Assembly (NCBI GenBank): GCA_965203905.1
Contig: CBDBDQ010000005.1
Coordinates: 6,848,001-6,912,000, forward strand
Length of the DNA stretch: 64,000 nucleotides
DNA from: Spirochaetia bacterium
GTDB lineage: Bacteria; Spirochaetota; Spirochaetia; SZUA-6; Bin103
Direction: 5' to 3'
The notes beneath the pieces were generated by a model. That model was not told the origin of the DNA, ran no database searches, and worked only from the letters and a program-made list of their open reading frames with translations. How positions within the stretch are numbered: position 1 is the first letter of the stretch; every line of letters starts with the position of its first letter. Position numbers and translations under genes: made by a program. This document shows, in pieces, positions 51,093 through 61,685 of the stretch.

Positions 51093-51124
51093 GACGTTGA
51101 CACTTCCTTCGGCCAGAGATCGCC

Positions 51125-52306
51125 TCAGTGGGAGGCGTAGGGGTCGGCGGCGTCGCGCAGGCCGTCGCCGACGAAGTTGAAGGCGAGCACGGTGATGATC
51201 ACGAACAGGCCGGGGATCATCAGCCACGGGGCCAGGGCGATGGAGTGCACGTTCTGGGCCGCCTTGAGCAGCACGCCCCAGCTCATCGCCGGCGGCTGCA
51301 TGCCCAGGCCCAGGAAGCTGAGCGCGGTCTCGGCCAGGATCATGGACGGGATCGCCAGGGTCAGCGCGGCGATGATGTGGCTCAGGAACGACGGCACCAT
51401 GTGCAGGAAGATGGTGGGCACGTCGCGCCGCCCGGCCAGCTTGGCGGCGACCACGAAGTCCTCCACGCGCAGGGCGAGGAAGCGGCCGCGCACCACCCGC
51501 GCCAGGCTGGTCCAGCCGATCAGCGACACGATCACGGTGATCGCGAAGTAGGTCTGGAGCACCGACCAGTTGCCGGGCAGCGCCGCGCTCAGCCCCATCC
51601 ACAGCGGCAGGGCGGGAATGCCGATGATGATCTCGATCATGCGCTGGATCACCTCGTCCACGGTGCCGCCGACGAAGCCGGCGAGACCGCCGATCATGAT
51701 GCCCAGAAAGAAGCTGATCGCTACCCCGACCAGCCCCACCGACAGCGAGATCTGCGCACCGTACAGGGTACGCGAAAACACGTCGCGGCCGAGCGCGTCG
51801 GTGCCGAACAGGTGCACCGGCACCCCCTCGACGCCGGTGCCGAACAGGTGCAGGTCGGAGGAGAACAGCCCGAACAGCTCGTACTCGAAGCCGCGCACCA
51901 ACAGCTTCACCGGGTAGCGCTGCGCGCGATCCTCCTGGTAGACGTTCTCGTAGGTCTCACGGTCCAGCTCGCTCACCAGCGGGTAGACGAACGGCCCGAG
52001 CAGGCGCCCCTCCGCGAACCAGTGCACCACCATGGGCGGCGCCTCCTTGTAGGCAAGGCTGCGCTGCCGCGGATCGTGCGGACTCAGGAACGGGGCGAAC
52101 AGCGCCGACAGGTACAGAATCGCGAGCACCACGGACGCTCCCACCGCCACCTTGTGGCGGAAGAAGCGGCGCCGCATGAGCTGCCATTGCGAGGCGTAGA
52201 AGGCGCGGTCATCGCGGTCGTCGGCGGACGCCGCCTCCGGCGTGCGCGGCACCACCAGCTCGCGCGTCTCGACCGGGACGCCGTGCTCGCGATCCGCCTC
52301 CGCCAC
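51125..52306 (-). CDS. ABC transporter permease (OppC-like)
   Basis: FGTDALGRDVFSR, GDGLRDAADPY. Confidence 0.95.
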   Translation of the reverse strand: MAEADREHGVPVETRELVVPRTPEAASADDRDDRAFYASQWQLMRRRFFRHKVAVGASVVLAILYLSALFAPFLSPHDPRQRSLAYKEAPPMVVHWFAEGRLLGPFVYPLVSELDRETYENVYQEDRAQRYPVKLLVRGFEYELFGLFSSDLHLFGTGVEGVPVHLFGTDALGRDVFSRTLYGAQISLSVGLVGVAISFFLGIMIGGLAGFVGGTVDEVIQRMIEIIIGIPALPLWMGLSAALPGNWSVLQTYFAITVIVSLIGWTSLARVVRGRFLALRVEDFVVAAKLAGRRDVPTIFLHMVPSFLSHIIAALTLAIPSMILAETALSFLGLGMQPPAMSWGVLLKAAQNVHSIALAPWLMIPGLFVIITVLAFNFVGDGLRDAADPYASH

Positions 52307-52319
52307 CGCTCGATCCCGC

Positions 52320-53315
52320 CTAGCCTGCTTTCTTCTCGAACCGGATGCGCGGGTCGGCCACGACCAGCAGCAGGTCCGAGATCAGCGTCCCGATCACGGT
52401 GAGGATGCTCAGCAGCATGATGAAGCTGCCGGCCAGGAACATGTCCTGCGCCAGCAGCGCGTCGATCAGGAGCGGTCCGGTGGTCGGCAGGTTGAGCACC
52501 ACCGCGGTGATGGTGGCGCCCGAGATCAGGGTGGGCAGGGTCCATCCGACCGTGCTGATGAACGGGTTGAGCGCCACCCGCACCGGGTACTTCATGATGA
52601 TGCGGTTCTCGGTCAGCCCCTTGGCGCGGGCCGTGATCACGTACAGCTTGCGCAGCTCGTCGAGCAGGTTGGCGCGCATGATGCGCACCAGTTCGGCGGT
52701 CCCGGCCGAGCCCAGCACGATGGTGGGAATCCACAGATGGCCGAGCAGGTCGGCCACCTTGCCGAACGACCACGGCGCGTCCTGGTACTCCAGCGAGAAC
52801 AGGCCGCCCACGTCGATCCGGAAGTAGCGGAAGCTGACGTACATCAGGACCAGCGCCAGCATGAAGTTGGGGACCGCCAGCCCGACGAAGCTGAAGAAGG
52901 TGGCCACGTAGTCGCCCGGCGAATACTGGCGCACCGCCACGTAGATTCCCACCGGGAACGCCACGATCCAGACGAACAGCAAAGACGAAAGGGAAATGAG
53001 GAGGGTCAGCCCGATCCGCTCCCACACCAGTTCGTTGACCGGGGTCTGGTAGCGGAACGACTGCCCCATGTCGCCCTGCACGAAGTTGGTGATCCACGAC
53101 CAGTACTGCCCCAGGAACGACTTGTCGAGCCCGTACTGCAGGGTCAGGCTCGCCACCATCTCCTCGCTCACCGCCTCTCCCTGGGCCTTCAGGCGGGTGA
53201 TGTAGCTGGTCAGGTAGTCCCCCGGCGGCAACTGGATGATCACGAACGACAGGAACGAGATCACCAGCAGCGCCAGCAGCATGTTGAAGAAGCGGCGGAT
53301 CAGATAGTCGACCAT
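52320..53315 (-). CDS. ABC transporter permease (OppB-like)
   Basis: PPGDY, ARAKGL, DPRI. Confidence 0.95.
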   Translation of the reverse strand: MVDYLIRRFFNMLLALLVISFLSFVIIQLPPGDYLTSYITRLKAQGEAVSEEMVASLTLQYGLDKSFLGQYWSWITNFVQGDMGQSFRYQTPVNELVWERIGLTLLISLSSLLFVWIVAFPVGIYVAVRQYSPGDYVATFFSFVGLAVPNFMLALVLMYVSFRYFRIDVGGLFSLEYQDAPWSFGKVADLLGHLWIPTIVLGSAGTAELVRIMRANLLDELRKLYVITARAKGLTENRIIMKYPVRVALNPFISTVGWTLPTLISGATITAVVLNLPTTGPLLIDALLAQDMFLAGSFIMLLSILTVIGTLISDLLLVVADPRIRFEKKAG

Positions 53316-53328
53316 CGCGGCCCTCTAC

Positions 53329-53359
53329 CGGCCGCACCCCCACGCGGGGAGGTGCGGCC
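53329..53359. terminator. hairpin between SBP and permease
   Basis: GGCCGCACCCCC...GGGGAGGTGCGGCC. Confidence 0.45.
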
Positions 53360-53382
53360 TGAATTACGTCAGCGCGCCGGCG

Positions 53383-55452
53383 CTATTCGTCGATGAACCA
53401 CTGGGCCGGCAACGTCTGCACCCAGAGGAAGCTCTCGAACGAGAACGGCAGCACGTCGGGCACGTTGTTGATGCGGTTGTTGATGATGATCGGCCGCACC
53501 GCCTTGGCCACCGTGCCGATGACCGGCAGGTTCTCGGCCTGGAACGCCCACACCCTGGTGCCGAAGCGGTTGAACTCCTCGGCGTTGGGAGCGTCGACCC
53601 AGGCGTGCCAGTCGTCGATCCACTGCTTCCACTCGGGCGGCGGCTCGGTGCCCATCGCCGGCTCCTCGCCCTGGCGGCCACCGTCCACCCAGCGCTGGTG
53701 CAGGTACCACTTGCGCCACTCCGTGGAGTAGATGATCACGTCGAGGCCGAACGGTGGCGGCGACGACAGCCGGCTGGGCATGTACGCCTCGGAGACCCAG
53801 ACCAGGATGTCCAGCTCGTTGGCCTGCAGGAGCTCCCACTGCAACTCCTGGGCAATCTGCTTGAAGTTGATCCGGATGCCGATCTCCTCCCAGTAGTCGC
53901 GCGCCAGCTCGGCGATGTTGTCGCCCATGGTGCCGAGCACCGAGCTGGTGTGCGGTCGCATGTCGAGGATGAACTCCTCGCCGTTCGGCGTCTCGCGCCA
54001 GCCGTCGCCGTCGCGGTCGGTCATGCCCATTTCGTCGAGGATCGCCTTGGCGCCCTCCGGGTCGTAATCGGCGTACGACCGGGTCCACGCCTCGTCGAAG
54101 AAGGCGGCGCCCGGGTCGACCGAGTACTGCGCCGGCGTGGCCAGACCCAGGAACACGAACTCGTTGATCTCGGGGCGGTTGAGCGCCAGCGACAGCGCCT
54201 GCCGGAACCGCTTGTCGGTGATGACCGGGCCCTTCACCGGATCGGGGTGGTTCATGTTGGCCATGAAGATGACGCGGCTGGTCTTGGTGTCCTGCCACTC
54301 GCGCACGTTGTAGCCGCCCACCTCTTCGTTCTGCTTGTACAGGGCGAAGCTGCTGGGATCCATCAGGCGTCCGCCGATGTCCACCTTGCCCTGCATCATG
54401 TTCAGAATCGCCACCTGCTTGTCGGCGAAGTAGACCGCCCGCAAGGTGTCGATGTAGGGAAGCTGGTTGCCCGCCGAGTCGACCGCGAAGAAGTAGGGGT
54501 TGCGCACGCTGTACTTGCCGGTCGAGTCGCGGCTCTCCATCACCCAGGCGGCCAGCTTCGGCTGCGGATACGGCTCCGTGGGCGCGGTCGACATGCGCGC
54601 GCTCAGGTGCGCGATCCAGGTCTCGAATCCCTCCTCCTTGGCCATCTCCTCGGCCTTGTCGTTGAAGTCGGCGTGGAACTGCTCGATGTAGTGCGCGGGC
54701 GTGTAGATGTTGCCCTGCCGGGTGCGGTGGAAGTTCAACAGCGGGATCAGGTAGGTCGGCGTCAACGGCGCCGGGTAGGTCATGCGCAGCGTGTAGTCGT
54801 CGACCGCATCCCACTGGGACAGCTCACCGCCCAGGGACCAGCGGATGGCCTGGCTCGGAATGTCCGGGTTCTTGAACAAGTTGTCGTACACCCACATGAA
54901 GTCGGCGGTGGTGAACGGCATGCCGTCCGACCACTTCATCCCCTCGCGCAGGTGGAAGGTGAGCACGGTGCGGTCGTCGGACAGCTCGTACGCCTTGGCG
55001 CCGTGCGGGATGATCTCGTTCAAGGTCGGGTCGGCGCGGAACAGGAAGGTCTTGGCGCCGCGGTGCATGTCGCCGTAGTCCCCGGGACCGGTACGCGCCA
55101 CGCGCAGCTCGCCGCCGTACTTGCCCACCTCGGAAAAGGGCTCCATCACCATCGGGTCCTCGGGCAGCCGGTCCTCCACCGGCGGCAACTCGCCGGCCTG
55201 CACCATGGCGGCCAGCATCGGCGCCTCCTGGAAGCTGGTGATGCCGACCTGCGACGCCGTCGGCGGGGTGAGCCAGCTCTCACGGACGGTGTAACGGCCG
55301 ACGACCTTGACGATGTCGCTGCCTTCGGCGGCCATGGCGGCCGCGTCGTCGCCGGCGGCGGCTCCTTCCTCGGTGCCGCTGGCGTACACCGGCGTGGCCG
55401 CGAGCGCGATTGCCAGCGCCCAGCCGGCGAGCGAAAGTAGTCGGTTCCTCAT
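53383..55452 (-). CDS. ABC transporter substrate-binding protein, family 5
   Basis: Signal peptide; GELPPVEDRLP, KWSDGMPFT, GNQLPYID. Confidence 0.95.
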   Translation of the reverse strand: MRNRLLSLAGWALAIALAATPVYASGTEEGAAAGDDAAAMAAEGSDIVKVVGRYTVRESWLTPPTASQVGITSFQEAPMLAAMVQAGELPPVEDRLPEDPMVMEPFSEVGKYGGELRVARTGPGDYGDMHRGAKTFLFRADPTLNEIIPHGAKAYELSDDRTVLTFHLREGMKWSDGMPFTTADFMWVYDNLFKNPDIPSQAIRWSLGGELSQWDAVDDYTLRMTYPAPLTPTYLIPLLNFHRTRQGNIYTPAHYIEQFHADFNDKAEEMAKEEGFETWIAHLSARMSTAPTEPYPQPKLAAWVMESRDSTGKYSVRNPYFFAVDSAGNQLPYIDTLRAVYFADKQVAILNMMQGKVDIGGRLMDPSSFALYKQNEEVGGYNVREWQDTKTSRVIFMANMNHPDPVKGPVITDKRFRQALSLALNRPEINEFVFLGLATPAQYSVDPGAAFFDEAWTRSYADYDPEGAKAILDEMGMTDRDGDGWRETPNGEEFILDMRPHTSSVLGTMGDNIAELARDYWEEIGIRINFKQIAQELQWELLQANELDILVWVSEAYMPSRLSSPPPFGLDVIIYSTEWRKWYLHQRWVDGGRQGEEPAMGTEPPPEWKQWIDDWHAWVDAPNAEEFNRFGTRVWAFQAENLPVIGTVAKAVRPIIINNRINNVPDVLPFSFESFLWVQTLPAQWFIDE

Positions 55453-55627
55453 TTGGATACCCCCTGAAAAATTCAGATACGCCTCGGGGCCGCGAACGCG
55501 GCCGTGGCAGGCTGCCGCGGCGGCGAAACCACCCTGGCCTCGGAGGCGAGCAGAGGCTACCGCAGACCGCCGGAAAGGACAACGCTTCGCTTTGCAACAT
55601 GCGGGCGCCGGTGATAGCGTCGCCGCC

Positions 55628-56713
55628 ATGGGTACGTTGAGCTTCGCTCACGAGACGCCGCGGCGGTTGCGTACCGCCTTCCTGGGCACCTCCGGACACG
55701 CGTTCCGCAACTACCTGCCCTCGCTGCCGTACGCTCCGGTGGAGCTGGTCGCCGTGTGGGATTCCGACGCCGGGCGGGCGGAGGCGTTCGCGCGCCAGTT
55801 CGGCGCACCGCGCTGGTACACCGAGGTCGACCGGCTGCTGGACGAGGCGGAACCGGAAGCGGTGCTGATCGCCACCGACGGCAGGGACGGCGACGAGCCG
55901 CGCAACTTCGGCCTGATGGCGCGCTGCCTCGAACGCGGCTGCCATGCCTGGTGCGACAAGCCCGTCTCCGCCAGCGCAGCCGGCGTCGCCCGGCTGATCG
56001 ACATCCGGGACCGCGTGGGCAAGGTCGCCGGGGTCGGCATCAAGACCATGTTCTACCCCGCTCATCAGCGGGTGCGCGAGATCGTGCGCGACCCGGCGTT
56101 CGGGCGCCCGGTCACCATGACCGTCCGCTACCCGCTGCACATCCCCTGGCGTGCCGGACTGCCGGCTACCGACCGCGCCGTGGGCAGTTGTCTGGGGCAC
56201 GTCTGGCATCCGTTCGGCGCGGCGCTGCTGATACTCGGCCCCATCGACCAGCTCTACGTTGAGCCCGCTCCCGCGGGCGGCGGCGGGGTAGCGATCGCGC
56301 GCTTCGCGCAGGGCGCCGTGGGCGCGTTCCACTTCAGCGCCGGGCGCGCCGGCACCAGCCCGCTCGAGTTCCTGGAGGTGGTGGGCGAGGGCGCCAACGT
56401 CACCGTCGAGAACGCGGCGCGGCTGACCTACTACCGCCCCGGCTCACCGGGCCCCTACGGTCGTACTCCCGGCTTCCTCACCGATGACGATCAGGCGCCG
56501 CTGGTGTGGCAGCCGGAACTGTCGCTGGGCCAGCTCTACAACAACAACAACTTCATCCAGGGCTACGCGCAAAGCGTCATCGCCTTCGCGGAGGCCGCCC
56601 TGGGCGGCGCCCCGCTCGCCTGCGGGACCCTGGAGGACGCGCGCGAGGTGCTCAAGGTGTTCGATGCCCTGCGCGCGGGTCCGGGCCGGCAGATTACTCT
56701 GCCCGACGGGTGA
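55628..56713 (+). CDS. Gfo/Idh/MocA oxidoreductase
   Basis: Rossmann N-terminus, WCDKPVS. Confidence 0.85.
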   Translation: MGTLSFAHETPRRLRTAFLGTSGHAFRNYLPSLPYAPVELVAVWDSDAGRAEAFARQFGAPRWYTEVDRLLDEAEPEAVLIATDGRDGDEPRNFGLMARCLERGCHAWCDKPVSASAAGVARLIDIRDRVGKVAGVGIKTMFYPAHQRVREIVRDPAFGRPVTMTVRYPLHIPWRAGLPATDRAVGSCLGHVWHPFGAALLILGPIDQLYVEPAPAGGGGVAIARFAQGAVGAFHFSAGRAGTSPLEFLEVVGEGANVTVENAARLTYYRPGSPGPYGRTPGFLTDDDQAPLVWQPELSLGQLYNNNNFIQGYAQSVIAFAEAALGGAPLACGTLEDAREVLKVFDALRAGPGRQITLPDG

Positions 56714-57153
56714 CGGCGGTGCTCCAGGCGAGCGCCCTGGCGGCCACCTGGCGCCTGATGACGTGGGAAGACGTTGCCGCGGGCGGCGTGAGCCATCCCA
56801 TGGGAGCGGACGCCGTGGGCTACCTCTCGTATGACGGCGGCGGCCGGATGTCGGTGCAGGTCATGCGCCGCGGACGGAGCGGTCTGGCGGCCGACGATGT
56901 CGCGGAGGCGAGCGCCGACCTGCTGCGCGAGGTGCTCGGCGGTTACCTCGCTTACGCCGGCAGCTACGTGGTGGACGCGGCGGCGGGCACGGTGACCCAC
57001 CGCATCGACTGCGCCCTCCTGCCCGCGCAGGTCGGCACCGAGTTGACCCGCTGGTGCGAGATACACGGCACCCGGCTCACCTTGTTCCTGTCGCCGCGGG
57101 CGACCGACGGTCCACGCACCGGCGGCCGCGTGGTCTGGGAGCGCCTCGACTGA
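56710..57153 (+). CDS. lipocalin-like domain protein
   Basis: ATWRL, G.LSYDGGGRMSVQ, YLAYAGSY, VWER. Confidence 0.8.
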   Translation: MTAVLQASALAATWRLMTWEDVAAGGVSHPMGADAVGYLSYDGGGRMSVQVMRRGRSGLAADDVAEASADLLREVLGGYLAYAGSYVVDAAAGTVTHRIDCALLPAQVGTELTRWCEIHGTRLTLFLSPRATDGPRTGGRVVWERLD

Positions 57154-57188
57154 CTCGGCTTACCCCGCCTCGGGTTCCGCAGCCGCGG

Positions 57189-57991
57189 TTACTTCAGGGC
57201 GTGCTTGTACTGCCGGGTACGGCGCTTGATCAGTTCGCCCAGCTCCCGGGGTGAGTCGGGGGCGCCGAGGTACCCCACCGACGGGCTGCGCTCGGCCACC
57301 CACTGCGCGTCCGCCGCCGTGCGCACGTGACCGCCATGGATCAGCACCAGGATCTGCGGGTTGACCGCATGCGCCGCGGCGGCGACGTCGGCGACGATCC
57401 GCGGCGTCTGCTCCAGGGACGGCATCTCCCCGCCGACGCCGAGGTGAACAACGATCCCGTCCACCCCCGCCGCGGCCATGGCGCGCGCCTCGTCGGGCGT
57501 GAACAGGTAGGCCAGGGTAAAGAAACCCTGCTCGTGCGCCTGCCGCATGAACTCCACCTCGCGGTCGAAGCCCATGCCGCCGTCCTCCAGCACGGTGCGG
57601 AAGTTGCCGTCCACCATGCTCACGCTGGCCCAGTTGTTGATGCCGGAGAAGCCGGCCTGATCGATCTGCTGCAGAAACACGTCGACGCGCCGCGTCGGAT
57701 CGGTGCACGCCAGCCCCAGCAGCACCGGCGTATCCCTGACGAGCGGCAGGATCTCGCGCGTGCCCACCTCGTACGCCAGCGCGTTGCCATCGCCGAACGG
57801 TGCCAGTCCGACCCCCGCCAGGTAGCCGGCCTGGTTCCAACGCGCCAGCGCGTAGGTGACGATCAGGTCCGCGCCCCCTCCTCCGCGTACCGCGCCGCGC
57901 TGCCCGAGGCGCAGCGCGCACAGAAGATGGCCCGCCCGGCGTCCACCTCCGCACGCAGCCTGTCGACGATCTCCGAACGCGGATACAACAC
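57189..57991 (-). pseudogene. PEP-hydrolase-like / Tm-1-type TIM-barrel protein with one frameshift (possibly a sequencing error)
   Basis: MLYPRSEIVDRLR..AEEG | GADLIVTY..EILP..GFSGINN..GFDREVE; one base is missing in a G run at ~57874-57878. Confidence 0.7.
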
Positions 57992-58078
57992 TGTCTCGCT
58001 CCTCCGAGCCGACAGCGTAGAGCGCGTCAGCCGCCGCCGCAACGACCGGAAGGCGCAGGGCGGGTGCCTCCCGTGCGC

Positions 58079-59767
58079 TCACGGAGCCCCGGCGCTCACC
58101 TCACAGGCCGGCGGTTCCCCCCCTCTGGGTTCCCACAACACGTCGAGCGCCGCCGTCACGTCCAGCGGCTCGCCATACCAATCGGGGGTCGCGGTGTGCG
58201 GTCCAATGCTGACGCCGGCCGCCGCCAACCGCGCCACGGTCGGCGCCAACGGCTCCCCGGCTCCCGCCCAGCGCGGCGCCGGCGCCACCGCCGGCAGCGG
58301 CTCGCCATCCGGGCGCAGGAACTGGAACCCCCCTGCGCCATCGGCGGCCACTTGAAAGCCCTCCTCGTGCAGCGCGCGGTGGTGGAAACGACACACTTGG
58401 ACCAGGTTACTGAGCTTCGTCTCCCCGCCGTCCGCCCAGTGCACGACGTGATGGGCGTCGCAGTGGCGAGACGTGCAGCCGGGGAACTGGCACTGGTTGT
58501 GATCCCTGCTCTCGAGGGCGCGGCGCAACGCGGTCGGGATGGTGCGAGTGCGCCGGCCCACGTCGAGCACTCCACCGTCGGTGCCATGGCTCAGCACCAC
58601 GAGGCCCGCATCGCAGGCGACACGGCGCGCCGCCCGCGCACCGACGTGGAGCCCACCGGCCTGCTCGATCACCGCCTGGGCGGGCGCGGGATCGGACACC
58701 GGGGCGGCCCGGTCGCACCCGCACGTCGCCTCGGCACGGTGGAGACCGCCGGCGGGCTCGATCAGCGCCTGGAGGGCATCGAGGTCGGCCGCCGAGGCCT
58801 CGTGGTCGCGACCGTGCGTCGTCGGGACGCCGAGGGGATCGCCGGCGCGCTCGATCGGTGCCTGGTCCGCGGCGTCCGCCGCCGGCTCCTCCGGTTCGGA
58901 GGCCGCCTCGTCACCGGGGGCAGTTTCCGCGGAAACGTGTCGCGCGTCAGCGGCCGCCTCTGGGGAGGCAAGTCCGGCCGCGTCCACGTGCACCGTCACC
59001 TGGAAGCGGTCGCCGGCAGTGCCCGGATCGAGGCCGCCGGCCAGCGCACTCTCGGCCACCAGCCCCAGCGCGTCCGCGCGCCGCTGCCCGATGCCGGTGT
59101 CCTGGTCATCCTCTCCCGCGGCCGGCACCTGCTCCAGCGCCGCCTCCAGGGCCCGCAACACCACCGCGCCAACCTCCGGCGTCAGCCGCGCGCGCAGCAC
59201 CAGCATGCCATCGTCGTTCACCCGCGTGCTCAGCATGCGCCGCGCCAGGCGCAGCTTCTCGGCATCGGGCTGCGCCGCCCGGTCGGCCTCGCGCCATGCC
59301 CGCACCAGCCGCTCAACCTGCGCCGCGGTGGCACCGCAGGCGACCGCGATCAGGCGTGCCTCGGTGGCCGGGGTCGCCACTCTCGTGAGGGCGCGTACGA
59401 TCGAGTAGGAAAGGCGGCCGCAGGCCATGGCGGCGCTGAGATGGTTCAGGTCCGCGAGCGCCGCCGCCACGCGCAGCTTCTCGCGGGCGGCGCCGAGGTC
59501 GAGGCCGATGCGCCAGTTGAGCCAGTGGGCGCAGGAGCGAAAGCCCTCCCAGCCGTGGCGGCGATCGAACTCACGCAGGTCGCACAGCAGCTCGTAGGTG
59601 GCGGCCTGGATGCGGGCGGAGCGCTCGGCGATGCGGTTGCCGAGCAGGTCCAGGTCGGGCGCCGCCAGCGCCCCGGCCAGCGGCGGAGCGGGGAGCTGGA
59701 CGACCGGCGGTTCGGGGCACGCTGCCTGGGTCGGCTGGCGTGGCACGGTGCTCGTGTTGGGTGCCAT
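58079..59767 (-). CDS. DUF222/HNH endonuclease protein
   Basis: SCAHWLNWRIG, QRRADAL, ACDA, RDHNQCQFPGC..HHVVHWADGGET..NL..C.FHH. Confidence 0.88.
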   Translation of the reverse strand: MAPNTSTVPRQPTQAACPEPPVVQLPAPPLAGALAAPDLDLLGNRIAERSARIQAATYELLCDLREFDRRHGWEGFRSCAHWLNWRIGLDLGAAREKLRVAAALADLNHLSAAMACGRLSYSIVRALTRVATPATEARLIAVACGATAAQVERLVRAWREADRAAQPDAEKLRLARRMLSTRVNDDGMLVLRARLTPEVGAVVLRALEAALEQVPAAGEDDQDTGIGQRRADALGLVAESALAGGLDPGTAGDRFQVTVHVDAAGLASPEAAADARHVSAETAPGDEAASEPEEPAADAADQAPIERAGDPLGVPTTHGRDHEASAADLDALQALIEPAGGLHRAEATCGCDRAAPVSDPAPAQAVIEQAGGLHVGARAARRVACDAGLVVLSHGTDGGVLDVGRRTRTIPTALRRALESRDHNQCQFPGCTSRHCDAHHVVHWADGGETKLSNLVQVCRFHHRALHEEGFQVAADGAGGFQFLRPDGEPLPAVAPAPRWAGAGEPLAPTVARLAAAGVSIGPHTATPDWYGEPLDVTAALDVLWEPRGGEPPACEVSAGAP

Positions 59768-60209
59768 GAGGCCGATGGTACACCCGGTTTTCGGAGGCCC
59801 CCTCCTGGCCGCTGGGCTGGCCGTTGGGGCCGGTTTGGCGTTTCTGATGCAATTCGGTCGCAGCGGGCCCGGGAGCGGGCACTGAGGGCGGAAACGCGGC
59901 CGGTTCAGGCGGGATCGGCCATTTGACGCAATCTGCTAGCCAGAACCGTGTCAACCCCCAAGGAACAAAAAAACAACGAAATACGCTGAACTTCCGAGCT
60001 CGCGCCATACCGTACCGTCGTTCCCCTTGTGCGCCACTCCTACGTGGGTGGGGCCAATCGGCGCGCGCAGGAGGCAGACGGCAAGACCTGGGCTGCCGGT
60101 CGCAGGCGCTCAGCGCCCAAGGGAACGCGCGGGACGTATCGCAACGCGTCTGTGCAGCCGCACAGGGTACTCGCGCGCGCGGGACGATCTCTCGTACACT
60201 CGCCGCACG

Positions 60210-60512
60210 ATGTGTCGCAACATTCGTCCTCTGCACAACTTTGCGCCGCCAGCCACGGACGAGGAGGTGCGGGCCGCCGCGCTGCAGTACGTGCGCAAGG
60301 TGGCCGGCGCGGGCAAGCCGTCACGCGCCAACGAAGCCGTGTTTCTGCGCGCGGTGGACGAGGTGGCCGGCGCCACCCAGCGCTTGCTGGAGGCACTGGT
60401 CACCAGCGCGCCGCCGCGCAACCGCGAGGTGGAGGCGGCCAAGGCGCGAGCGCGCTCCGCGCAGCGGTTCGGCCGTGCCTCGGCGGCGCAGGCCGCCCCG
60501 GCCCGAGGCTGA
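60210..60512 (+). CDS. DUF2277 family protein
   Basis: MCRNIRPLHNFAPPATDEEVRAAALQYVRKV. Confidence 0.85.
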   Translation: MCRNIRPLHNFAPPATDEEVRAAALQYVRKVAGAGKPSRANEAVFLRAVDEVAGATQRLLEALVTSAPPRNREVEAAKARARSAQRFGRASAAQAAPARG

Positions 60513-60515
60513 GCG

Positions 60516-61655
60516 GTGACCGAGCCGCGCACGGGGAACCCGCCGCTCAGGGTCGCCATCATCGGTACGGGGCGCCGTAGCGGCTACCTGTACGGGCCGC
60601 TCCTGCAGGCACTCGACGACACCGAGCTGGTGGCGGTGTGGGGCCGCAGCGCGGACTCCGCCGCGGGGCTGGGCGCCCGACTCGGCGTGCCCGCCTACAC
60701 CGACCTGGAGCGGTTGCTGCGGGAGACCGCCGCGGAGGTGGGAGTGGTGTCGGTCAACTACGCCGCCAACGGCCAGGTCGGGCGGCAGGCCGTGGAGCAC
60801 GGCCTGCACGTGCTGCTGGAGACCCCGATCGCGCACCAGCTCAGTGAGGCCGACGCCATCATCGAGACGGCGCGGCAACGGGGATTGAAGGTCGAGGTGG
60901 CCGAGCAGTTTCATCGCCGGCCGCTGGAGCAGGCCAAGCTGGCCCTGATCGGATCCGGGCTGATGGGCCGGGTGCACACGTCGTTCAACGACTTCTGCGG
61001 CCACGGCTACCACGGCGTGAGCGTGATGCGCAGCTACCTGGGCTTCGACTGCCGGCCGCTGCAGGTCACCGGCGCGGTGCGCCGCTATGCACTGCAGACC
61101 GGCGGCAACGGCGAGACCCAGGAACACGGCATCGTGGAGTTCGAGGGCGGCGGGCTCGGCATCTTCCACTGGAGCAACGTGGCCTATGGCAGTCCCCTGC
61201 GCTGGTGGCGCAGCAGCCGCTTCCTGGCGCAGCGCGGCATGGGCATCAGCGTCGGCGTGGGGCTGGATATCGAGGAGCGGCTGTCGCTGCTGGCGCCCGG
61301 TGACGGCGCCCCGCAGTTCCTGACCGTCGAGCGGCGCTGGGAGCGGGTGGACGGCGGCGCGCTGACCGCGATCGAGATCCACACCGGGCGGCCGGAGCAG
61401 CCGCTGATCCGCTGGCGCAACCCGTTCGCCCCCCGGCTGCAGGGCGACGGGCGCCAGTGGCATGACGACGAGATCGGCGTGGCCGGCTGCATCGCCAGCC
61501 TGGTGCGGGCGGTGCGGGAGGACGCGGAGCCGAGCTACGGCGCGCAGCAGGGCCGCCTGGACCAGGAGCTGATCTGCGCGCTGCGCAAGTCTTCGGCTGA
61601 AGGCGGGGTGCCGGTGCGGCTGCCGCTGGACCCGGACGAGGTGATTCCCGCGTAG
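60516..61655 (+). CDS. Gfo/Idh/MocA oxidoreductase
   Basis: VAIIGTG, HVLLETPIA. Confidence 0.85.
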   Translation: MTEPRTGNPPLRVAIIGTGRRSGYLYGPLLQALDDTELVAVWGRSADSAAGLGARLGVPAYTDLERLLRETAAEVGVVSVNYAANGQVGRQAVEHGLHVLLETPIAHQLSEADAIIETARQRGLKVEVAEQFHRRPLEQAKLALIGSGLMGRVHTSFNDFCGHGYHGVSVMRSYLGFDCRPLQVTGAVRRYALQTGGNGETQEHGIVEFEGGGLGIFHWSNVAYGSPLRWWRSSRFLAQRGMGISVGVGLDIEERLSLLAPGDGAPQFLTVERRWERVDGGALTAIEIHTGRPEQPLIRWRNPFAPRLQGDGRQWHDDEIGVAGCIASLVRAVREDAEPSYGAQQGRLDQELICALRKSSAEGGVPVRLPLDPDEVIPA

Positions 61656-61685
61656 CGGCCTGCCCCGCGCGCCTGGGAGTCCCCG

